From: Nitrospirota bacterium
GTDB taxonomy: Bacteria > Nitrospirota > UBA9217
NCBI GenBank assembly: GCA_029858565.1
Contig: JAOUEV010000075.1
Location: forward strand, 1 to 13,300
Direction of reading: 5' to 3'
DNA: 13,300 nt
The notes under the pieces were generated by a model. The model was given only the letters and a program-made list of their open reading frames with translations. It was not told the DNA's origin and searched no databases. Position numbers and translations under genes: made by a program. Each line of letters begins with the position of its first letter. Position 1 is the stretch's first letter. Positions 6,619 through 13,300 of this stretch are shown piece after piece.

Positions 6619-8743
6619 CGCCCCCCCCCATCCGCTGTTTCCTGCGCTTCTTCAACCAAATATAAATGATCCCGCCGAATAGCACGATCGCCAGGGACAG
6701 CAGGATATAGTTGACGTATTTGTATTTGTAGAAGAAGTACTCGAGCTTGAACAGCGTTCCCGACGTTCCGGTATAGTAAGCCGGCCCGGCGGTCACGGCG
6801 TTCATGGTCTGCGAAGGGTCCTTGAGATTGATCAGCACCAGATCGCCCCGGACGCGGTCCTGCACCACCGGATCAAGCAGCGCCCGGCTCAATGCCGCGA
6901 CCTCCGTCACTCCGGCGCCGGTCAGCATGACCACGGATCTGCCGGTCTGGACCGGGGACTGGAACTGCATCACGATTCCCTGGTCCGGTCCGGGCGTGCT
7001 CGTCTGTCCGCTGAAGGCAAAGGTGGATTCGCTTTCCCAGTTGCGGACCACCGGGTAGGGGACGTTCTTTGCCGTGGCCAGCTTGAGCGGCGCCAGGTTC
7101 AGCAGGTCCTCGGGGATGGTCGCCACGTCGCCGAGCACGATCATCTCTCCTTTCCAGCGTTCGGGCCGTTCAAAGCTGACCGTTATGCCGAAGAGCGGAT
7201 ATCCGTTCTTCTGGCTGATCAGACCCACGAGGTTGAGCGCCGCGGAAAGGGTGTCGAAGTCCTTCCTGCTGGCGAAGATCACGGCTTCATATCCGTCGGG
7301 CCACCGGGTGACCGGGAATCCGTCGAGCATGAACAGCTCGAGCTTCGGCATCTCCACGAAATGAGGCATCCTGGGGAACTGGAAGGTGGAATTCTCGAAT
7401 ATGGTCAGGAAGAATCCCTCGGGCCGCAGGATATCGCATTCCTGCGCAACGGGATTGAGCGTGGGCTCGAAGCGGATCGTGTTGTAGCCCGGCTTGAAGA
7501 GATAGGTCGGCAGGTCGATGCGGTAGCCTTCGACGCTCTCTCCGTCCTGGTTCTCCAGGTGGATGACCCGGACGCTCCGGTCGTTGACCACGACGTTCAT
7601 GACCGAGTCAACGCGCATGCCCGCGCCATAGGCGAAGTTCAGGTTCAGCTTGGCGTACTGGTTCGGCTTCACCAGAAAGTCCGCGGGCAGACGGAAGGAG
7701 ATGTGGCGCGGATTGGGATTGAAGCCCGAGAAGGTGTGGCTGCTGAAGTTCAGCATTTTCAGCGTGTAGACCTTTTCGGTCGCAAGGATCTGCCTGCCGC
7801 CGTACTGGGAGATGTCGGGCAGCTTGAAGTCCCTGACGGTCATCTCGCTGCTCCCGGGGAAGGGAAGACTGACGTGAGCGAGCGTTTCCGACGCGAGCTT
7901 GATCTCCTCGGGCGTGTTCCCCGAGACGACCAGCAGGGCATGGCCCGGGTCGTACCCGCCGGAGAGCAATGGCAGCGGAAGGATCTTCAGATAGGGGCCC
8001 TTCACGGAAATGTTCATTCCCCGCTGCTGCAGGAACGACTCGGCATAGGCCTTGTTGGCGATCAGGACATTGTCCACTCCCGGCTGAAGCTCCCGGGACG
8101 CCGTGAACAGCACCTTGCGGTAATCGAACTTCCTGGCTATGCCCGCAGCGGCGATGGCGGTCATGGTGGCGGTGTCCGAGGCGAGGCCGGCGGTGATCAT
8201 GTGCACGCTGCCCTGCGGCATGACCCGCGGATCGAACAGGAAGTCGGAGAGCGTCGAGAGACGCATGGGCACGGGCTTCAGATCGTAGGTGAGCTCCAGG
8301 GACGAGTCGTAGAGGTTCACCGTGGTCCAGAGGTTCGGGGCGCATACCTGTTCGCACTCGGCCGCGTAGTGCTGCACCGCAACGATGTTCATCATGTTGT
8401 AGCCGGGATGCAGGATCTGAGGCGCGATGTTCAGTTGTTTCCTTCCCGACGGCGTCTTGCGGTCCAGCCGGATCTGGCCGAGCGGCTTGCCGTTCATGGT
8501 GACGAGCAGATGGGAACGGTCGCCCATCATGCTGGCGGAGTTGGCATAGTCCAGCGTCAGCACCGCCTTGGTCACGTTCCAGCGCTCAGGCACGGGCACC
8601 GCGATCTCGTACTGGCCCTGGGTGCACCGCAGGTCGACCGACGTGACCGGCGCGAGCTTGGTCAGGGGCACCTTGTAGACCTCTGCCTGGGCCGGCGCGG
8701 CCAGGCACCATGCTGCGATCGTTGCAATGATGAGCTTTTTCAT
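6599..8743 (-). CDS. bcsB: Cellulose synthase periplasmic subunit BcsB
   Basis: Signal peptide; two jelly-roll repeats ending HPGYN and KPGYN; QHYAAEC...LWT; FRLPADF; Cys at the BcsB disulfide positions; C-terminal TM followed by KKRRKQR. ATGA overlap with bcsA. Confidence 0.9.
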   Translation of the reverse strand: MKKLIIATIAAWCLAAPAQAEVYKVPLTKLAPVTSVDLRCTQGQYEIAVPVPERWNVTKAVLTLDYANSASMMGDRSHLLVTMNGKPLGQIRLDRKTPSGRKQLNIAPQILHPGYNMMNIVAVQHYAAECEQVCAPNLWTTVNLYDSSLELTYDLKPVPMRLSTLSDFLFDPRVMPQGSVHMITAGLASDTATMTAIAAAGIARKFDYRKVLFTASRELQPGVDNVLIANKAYAESFLQQRGMNISVKGPYLKILPLPLLSGGYDPGHALLVVSGNTPEEIKLASETLAHVSLPFPGSSEMTVRDFKLPDISQYGGRQILATEKVYTLKMLNFSSHTFSGFNPNPRHISFRLPADFLVKPNQYAKLNLNFAYGAGMRVDSVMNVVVNDRSVRVIHLENQDGESVEGYRIDLPTYLFKPGYNTIRFEPTLNPVAQECDILRPEGFFLTIFENSTFQFPRMPHFVEMPKLELFMLDGFPVTRWPDGYEAVIFASRKDFDTLSAALNLVGLISQKNGYPLFGITVSFERPERWKGEMIVLGDVATIPEDLLNLAPLKLATAKNVPYPVVRNWESESTFAFSGQTSTPGPDQGIVMQFQSPVQTGRSVVMLTGAGVTEVAALSRALLDPVVQDRVRGDLVLINLKDPSQTMNAVTAGPAYYTGTSGTLFKLEYFFYKYKYVNYILLSLAIVLFGGIIYIWLKKRRKQRMGGGDATPGH

Positions 8744-11043
8744 GGCAGGGACTCACTCCTTTTCATACGGGCATGGTATGCCTGCAGCCGGAGCACAAGG
8801 GCATGCAGGCGGATCCTGGCGGTTGGCAAAGCTGATTTGGCAAGGTACGCGATCCGCTCGGCGCTTCCCCGCGCTCCGCGCAGCATGAAATGATAGAGGT
8901 CGCGGGACGTGAAGCGGATGGAATGCACCGGTTTGAACCGGTCCGCAAGGATGTCGGCCCAGCGCTTGCTGTCGCCGTACACGAAATTCACGATGTCCGG
9001 GTAGGTCCTGTCGTCGAGCGCGAACTCGATGCCCATGTGGGTCCGTCCGGCCTGCTCCCTGCGCGAGCGGATGCGCGAGATGAGGTTGTGGCGGATGCCG
9101 TAGCTGTCCGTGGCCTCCACGCGCACGTCCTCGCCCAGGAGCGCGGGGAAAAGGTCGTTCAGTTCCACGCCGATGCCGGTCAGGGACAGGTCGTGGATCG
9201 TGCCCGGGATCGTGCGGTCCAGGTCGGGAAAGTACACGTCAACCGAGCCTTTTGACCGCACGCGGTGGTGCTGGCGGAGCTGCTGCCGCTCCCAAAAAGC
9301 CCCCAGCGTGATGAGCCCCAGCAGCAGGTTGTAGAGACACCACACAAAGGCGATAAAGATGACGTCGCGGAACAGGGGATAGGCCACCCACTTCACCGCA
9401 GCGAACCCGATGCCGATCAGGTTCAGCAGGCAGATCATGAAAAAGACCGTGGCCATGGGGTTCAGGTACTCGTGATCAACGGTCTTGCCCTTGGGTGTGA
9501 TCTTGAACTTGGGCTTCCGCGGGTTGAAGATCGCGGAGATGACCGCGGGCGTGAGGAAGAGCGCCTGCACGCTCTCGTAGATCTCCGAGAAGAATCGCCT
9601 GCGGTAGCGGCCGTAGAAGAAGTCCATGACTGTGAAAACGCTCAGCACGTGGGGCAGGGCGTAGGCAACGATCTGGGCCACCGAGGCGTGGTAGACCTTC
9701 TGGCCCAGGATCAGGAACAGGCCGGGCCCCAGGTAGAAGGTGAACCGGGCCAGGCAGAAGAGCCAGAAGAAACAGGCGTTGAAATAGCACATCTTCTGTT
9801 CCCAGGACAGGCCTTTTGCGAAGAGCGGGTTGTTCAGCACGAAGATCTGGACCATGCCCTGGGCCCAGCGCGTGCGCTGGACGATATAGTCGCCGAAGGT
9901 CTCGGGTGAGAGGCCGCAGATCATGGGCCGGTCGATGTACACGCTGTTGTAGCCCTTGTTGTGCAGCCGGAGCGAGGTCTCGGCGTCCTCGGTGATGGTC
10001 TCGCCCGCGATGCCGCCGGCGTCCACCAGGAACTGCCGACGCAGGACCGCGGCGGAGCCGCAGAAGTACGCGGAGTTCCAGAGGTCCATGCCCGGCTGGA
10101 TCGCGTGGTAGAACATGTCGTTCTCGCCCGGAGCGTTGGAGAAGGAACCGATGTTCTTCTCCACCGTGGTGGTGTTGATGAAGAAATGCGGTGTCTGGAC
10201 CAGGAAGAGCTTCGGGTCCTTCAGGAACCAGCCCGCGGTGTTCTTCAGGATGTCCCGGGCAGGCACGTGGTCGCAGTCCAGGAGCAGCAGCAGGTCGCCG
10301 CTGATCTTGGTCAGCGCGTGGTTGATGTTGCCCGCCTTGGCGTGTTCGTTGTTCTCCCGGGTCAGGTACCGCGCGCCCAGGTCCCGGGCGATGCGCCGGA
10401 GCTCGTAGTAGCGCTCCCAGGCCGCGGTCGAGGTCTCGGGAGCGCTCCGCCGGCTGTCCGTGCTGCCGTCGTCGAGAACGTAGACGTTCACCTTGTCCCG
10501 GGGATAGTCGATCTGCATTGCTGCGGTCACGGTCAGCTTGATGATCTCCGGATCCTCGGTGTAGGTCGGGATAAGAATATCCACGGAAGGATAGACCGAC
10601 GGATCGTCGGGCAGCGGGGCCGGCTTGCTCTCGAGCGGCCAGAGGCTGATGAACATGCCGAGGAAGTGGATCGTGAGGGAATAGCATTCGGCAAGATAGA
10701 TGAGCAGCATGCCGATCATGTCCAGCGGGCCGGTGTAGATCAGCGTGTCAAAGGTCCTCCAGAGGAAGTAGCGGAAGGAGATGACCGCGACCGTGAAGAT
10801 GAAGAGGAACCGGCCGGGCGCGTTGCCAAAGGATGCCCGGCGGTTCAGGATGATGGCAACGATAAGGAAGCCCCAGCTGAAGGTGGACTCGGCCGGGACA
10901 TTCAGGAACCGGTCCAGAAGATAGATCACCAGCACGACGCCGCCGGTCAGGAGGCCGTAGAAGGCCGCGGGACGCAGAACGTTCTCGCTAAAGGGAATGT
11001 CCTTGTGCGGGCTTTCAGTATGCAGCGCCGGACTGGGGTCCAT
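8740..11043 (-). CDS. bcsA: Cellulose synthase catalytic subunit BcsA (GT2 + PilZ)
   Basis: IPTY, LDDG, HAKAGNIN, DCDH, QTPH, FCGS, TED, QRTRW, FKITPK gating loop, and PilZ motifs RQHHR and DLSLTG. The ORF is open from TTG 11220, but its first 59 codons look non-coding, so ATG 11043 is preferred. Confidence 0.95.
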   Translation of the reverse strand: MDPSPALHTESPHKDIPFSENVLRPAAFYGLLTGGVVLVIYLLDRFLNVPAESTFSWGFLIVAIILNRRASFGNAPGRFLFIFTVAVISFRYFLWRTFDTLIYTGPLDMIGMLLIYLAECYSLTIHFLGMFISLWPLESKPAPLPDDPSVYPSVDILIPTYTEDPEIIKLTVTAAMQIDYPRDKVNVYVLDDGSTDSRRSAPETSTAAWERYYELRRIARDLGARYLTRENNEHAKAGNINHALTKISGDLLLLLDCDHVPARDILKNTAGWFLKDPKLFLVQTPHFFINTTTVEKNIGSFSNAPGENDMFYHAIQPGMDLWNSAYFCGSAAVLRRQFLVDAGGIAGETITEDAETSLRLHNKGYNSVYIDRPMICGLSPETFGDYIVQRTRWAQGMVQIFVLNNPLFAKGLSWEQKMCYFNACFFWLFCLARFTFYLGPGLFLILGQKVYHASVAQIVAYALPHVLSVFTVMDFFYGRYRRRFFSEIYESVQALFLTPAVISAIFNPRKPKFKITPKGKTVDHEYLNPMATVFFMICLLNLIGIGFAAVKWVAYPLFRDVIFIAFVWCLYNLLLGLITLGAFWERQQLRQHHRVRSKGSVDVYFPDLDRTIPGTIHDLSLTGIGVELNDLFPALLGEDVRVEATDSYGIRHNLISRIRSRREQAGRTHMGIEFALDDRTYPDIVNFVYGDSKRWADILADRFKPVHSIRFTSRDLYHFMLRGARGSAERIAYLAKSALPTARIRLHALVLRLQAYHARMKRSESLP

Positions 11044-11260
11044 TGTTGCTCTCTTCCCGGGCTTCCCGCGGCCGGCCGTCCTGGGCCGCGGAAAAGGATG
11101 GAAAACAACATGCGCTCCCGACGGCCTGACTGCGGCATGGACCAGGATGGAGCGCACTGAATACTGGAGCGTCCGCTGTCCGGGTTTCTTAAGACCACGG
11201 TTCCTGCGAACGCTTCGCAAAGATCATGCAGGGATCAAGACATTCCCTGTCCTTTCTTCG

Positions 11261-11269
11261 ATTATAACA
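11261..11269 (-). promoter_or_regulatory. Extended -10 promoter for the bcs operon (TGtTATAAT)
   Basis: The minus strand reads TGTTATAAT, a perfect -10 hexamer with a TGn extension, about 217 nt upstream of the bcsA ATG at 11043. Confidence 0.6.
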
Positions 11270-11312
11270 TAAGAGTTTTAATGCCGTGGGATTCCTGGGG
11301 ATTCCGCGGATA

Positions 11313-11321
11313 TGCTACACT
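11313..11321 (+). promoter_or_regulatory. Extended -10 promoter (TGcTACACT) for a leaderless SAM synthetase mRNA
   Basis: TG-C-TACACT, then 6 nt (TGAACC), then the ATG at 11328. No SD. Confidence 0.55.
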
Positions 11322-11327
11322 TGAACC

Positions 11328-12530
11328 ATGATAATCATCGAACCATATGGTGCGCGGCCGGTAACGGACCAGCGGGTGGAGATCGTTGAGCGCAAGGGCG
11401 TGGGCCACCCGGACACGCTTTGCGATTCCATGATGGAGGCGGTATCCATCGCGCTCAGCAGGGAATACCGCAAGACCTTCGGCACGATCCTCCATCACAA
11501 CATCGACAAGGGCCTGCTCGCCGCGGGCAGGGTGGAGAAGCGTTTCGGCGGCGGCAAGGTGACGGAGCCCATGGACCTCATCATCGGCGACCGGGCGACA
11601 TGGTCGGCCGGAAAGAAGCGTATTGACGTTGAAAAGATCGCTGTCGCCGCTGCGCAGGAATGGCTTGGCAGGAACATGCGCTTTGTTGATCCCAAGAAGC
11701 ATGTGCGCTATCGGGTCGTGCTGCGCCAGGGGTCCGAGGAACTGACGGATATCTTTTCACGCAAAGGGAAGGTCCTTGGCGCGAATGACACCTCTGCCGC
11801 AGTGGGGTATTACCCCTTAAGCCCCACGGAGCAGGCAGTGCTGGGGCTGGAGCGTTTTCTCAATTCAGCTGACTTCAAGAAGATCTTTCCCGAGACCGGC
11901 GAGGACATCAAGGTCATGGGCCTGCGAACAGGAGATGACCTGGACATCACGGTGGCCATGCCGATTCTGTGCAAGTACGTAAATTCGGAAAAAGAGTACT
12001 TTGTGCGAAAAGCGATCATCCAGCGGATCATGGAAGGTTATCTTGACAGGTTCACCAGCTTCAAGTCTGCGGCGGTCAACTTCAATACCCTTGATGTGAT
12101 TGGCAGGGATATGAACGGCATTTACCTCAGCCTGCTCGGCACCTCAGCCGAGGACGCGGACTCGGGCCAGGTGGGCCGCGGCAACCGCGTGAACGGTCTC
12201 ATCTCGTTGAACCGGCCCATGGGTACGGAAGCGGCCGCAGGCAAGAACCCCGTAAGCCATGTAGGAAAGATCTACAACGTCCTGGCCCATAGGATCGCGC
12301 AGCGCATATATAAGGAAGTAGGCGGCCTGCGGGAAGTGCAGGTGCTGCTGCTCTCGCGCATTGGCGCGCCGATCAATGAACCCCAGACAGCCTCGGCGCA
12401 GGTGCTGCCGGTCAAAGGAAAGGTGACGGGTTCGATCGTCAGAAAAGCGGAGAAGATCATGCAGCGGGAGCTGAATGGGATCGCGAAGTTCTGCGGGGAG
12501 TTGAGCAGGGGGGATTATCCGGTGTGCTAG
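11328..12530 (+). CDS. mat: Archaeal-type S-adenosylmethionine synthetase (methionine adenosyltransferase)
   Basis: EIVERKGVGHPDTLCD, ILHHNIDK, ANDTS, GEDIKVMGLR, GTSAEDADSGQVGRGNRVNGLI, EAAAGKNPVSHVGKIYN and SRIGAPINEP are motifs of the archaeal MAT family. Canonical bacterial MetK instead has ESVTEGHPDK and GAGDQG. Confidence 0.93.
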   Translation: MIIIEPYGARPVTDQRVEIVERKGVGHPDTLCDSMMEAVSIALSREYRKTFGTILHHNIDKGLLAAGRVEKRFGGGKVTEPMDLIIGDRATWSAGKKRIDVEKIAVAAAQEWLGRNMRFVDPKKHVRYRVVLRQGSEELTDIFSRKGKVLGANDTSAAVGYYPLSPTEQAVLGLERFLNSADFKKIFPETGEDIKVMGLRTGDDLDITVAMPILCKYVNSEKEYFVRKAIIQRIMEGYLDRFTSFKSAAVNFNTLDVIGRDMNGIYLSLLGTSAEDADSGQVGRGNRVNGLISLNRPMGTEAAAGKNPVSHVGKIYNVLAHRIAQRIYKEVGGLREVQVLLLSRIGAPINEPQTASAQVLPVKGKVTGSIVRKAEKIMQRELNGIAKFCGELSRGDYPVC

Positions 12531-12584
12531 GAACGCGGCGCTGACGCGCCGCATGGCGCGTCGCAGTCGAGCGCCAGGTTATTT
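12528..12584 (-). mobile_element. Integron attC site (57 bp), last of the array
   Basis: The minus strand reads AAATAAC-CTGGC-GCT(C)GAC-TGCGAC-GCGCC-ATGC-GGCGC-GTCAGC-GCCGC-GTTCCTA: R'' AAC, 5-nt spacer, L'' with one extra base pairing to L', a terminal hairpin, and R' GTT. It overlaps the stop codon of the cassette ORF. Confidence 0.85.
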
Positions 12585-13077
12585 ATCCTTCTGCTTCTTG
12601 TTTCGCTTCATACCAAGTCTTATATTGTTTGGCCCATTCAAGATTATCGGCTTTCCATTGTTTGTTAATTTGAACGCCTTCCTTCGCGTTTTTCTCCAAG
12701 CCACGATACTTTTTGAAAATTGAGAACGGCTTTATTAACCAGAAGAGCCAGTTGGGGATTTCTGTTGGTGTTTCCGAACCGTTTTCAATTGCACGGCATA
12801 CAAAATGATATGATCGTTCTTCGTCACCGCTTTTAGACCAATATCTGGCAGACAGCAAGAGCATGTCTAAATCATTCGGAAAACGGGCAAGGTATTTATC
12901 TGCATATATTATCGAATTGGCAATATCGTCGCCCCATTCATAACAATAGGCGAGCATGGCAATCGCAAAGTAATCTTCCTTGTTTTCACTCAGCATGCGC
13001 TTGCATGATTCGATGGCGGCGGGATAATTCTTAGAACCAATTGCCCTTGCTGCTTTCATTTGTTCTCGAAATGACAA
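12583..13077 (-). CDS. Integron cassette gene: hypothetical TPR-like alpha-helical protein
   Basis: 164 aa, TTG start with SD AGGAG, visibly AT-rich compared with the flank. Helical repeats (NYPAAIESCKRML; AMLAYCYEWGDDIANSIIYADKYLARFPND) look TPR-like. It fills the space between two attC sites. Confidence 0.75.
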   Translation of the reverse strand: MSFREQMKAARAIGSKNYPAAIESCKRMLSENKEDYFAIAMLAYCYEWGDDIANSIIYADKYLARFPNDLDMLLLSARYWSKSGDEERSYHFVCRAIENGSETPTEIPNWLFWLIKPFSIFKKYRGLEKNAKEGVQINKQWKADNLEWAKQYKTWYEAKQEAEG

Positions 13078-13098
13078 CGTGGCTCCTATTCAATACAA

Positions 13099-13155
13099 AA
13101 ATAACACGGCGCTGACGCGCCTCAAGGCGCGTCGCAGTCGAGCGCCAGGTTAATT
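13099..13155 (-). mobile_element. Integron attC site (57 bp)
   Basis: The minus strand reads AATTAAC-CTGGC-GCT(C)GAC-TGCGAC-GCGCC-TTGA-GGCGC-GTCAGC-GCCGT-GTTATTT. Only 3 differences from 12528-12584 in the 43 nt between the core sites, two of them in the loop. Confidence 0.88.
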
Positions 13156-13300
13156 TACTCCATGTTCCATTTGCCATCGTGGTATTTCAGTCGCTTTTGT
13201 TCTCGTGCTTCATAAGTTGCCTTAGAATAATGAGGGGAATTCACATCATGCGAATCCTTGCTGAACGATATTTCTGTTTCGCTTATCCAGTGAACATCAG
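13155..13300 (-). CDS. Partial (3' end) hypothetical gene of the next cassette
   Basis: Open frame from the window edge (...DVHWISETEISFSKDSHDVNSPHYSKATYEAREQKRLKYHDGKWNME) to TAA at 13157-13155, which abuts R'' of the attC. AT-rich; not in the ORF track. Confidence 0.6.
   Translation of the reverse strand, partial: DVHWISETEISFSKDSHDVNSPHYSKATYEAREQKRLKYHDGKWNME

Noticed and set aside
7361-8893. 510-aa plus-strand ORF, and similar long ORFs at 2069-3016, 4532-5521, 6043-6669, 9265-9909 and 9961-11160
   Set aside because: These are antisense shadows of well-supported genes, expected from GC-rich codon bias, and have no recognisable motifs.
9476-10687. 403-aa alternative-frame ORF inside bcsA, and 7608-8357 inside bcsB
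   Set aside because: Arg/Pro/Gly-rich off-frame translations typical of high-GC DNA; the main frames are intact, so no frameshift is needed.
11044-11220. 59-aa N-terminal extension of BcsA from the TTG at 11220
   Set aside because: Low-complexity basic sequence with no convincing SD, overlapping strong hairpins; better explained as 5' UTR, though not excluded.
11165-11225. Firm call of a c-di-GMP-I riboswitch
   Set aside because: Only a partial P2-like resemblance; the GGCAAAC...GNRA...GACGCAAA P1 signature is absent. Kept only as an unclassified structured leader.
12528-13155. Two near-identical repeats considered as a CRISPR array or as terminators
   Set aside because: They are 57 bp long, separated by a whole gene, and have AAC/GTT cores and an L-box bulge. 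This fits attC; no cas genes or U-tracts are present.

Overview
GC-rich bacterial chromosomal window with four blocks. (1) 42-2085, minus strand: a redox cluster with a CMD/AhpD-family gene, a small thioredoxin-fold gene, and two tandem Zn-finger thioredoxin (TrxC-like) paralogs. The small gene's apparent TGA stop is very probably selenocysteine: read-through restores a C/U-R-x-Y motif and a SECIS-like hairpin follows. The intergenic spaces hold several palindromic or inverted-repeat elements, one nested in another. (2) 2201-11043, minus strand: an unusual cellulose operon, bcsA-bcsB-bcsZ-bcsG, followed by an internally duplicated, secreted beta-barrel-like protein and a membrane-anchored class III adenylate cyclase. 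No bcsC, bcsQ, bcsE or bcsF is present in the window, and bcsA has a structured leader of about 210 nt. (3) 11328-12530, plus strand: a divergently transcribed archaeal-type S-adenosylmethionine synthetase, probably leaderless. (4) 12528-13300: the distal end of an integron-type cassette array. Two near-identical 57-bp attC sites bound an AT-rich TPR-like cassette, a second cassette runs off the window, and the last recombination junction lies 2-3 nt from the SAM synthetase stop codon. All calls come from reading motifs by eye; no database searches or folding programs were run.
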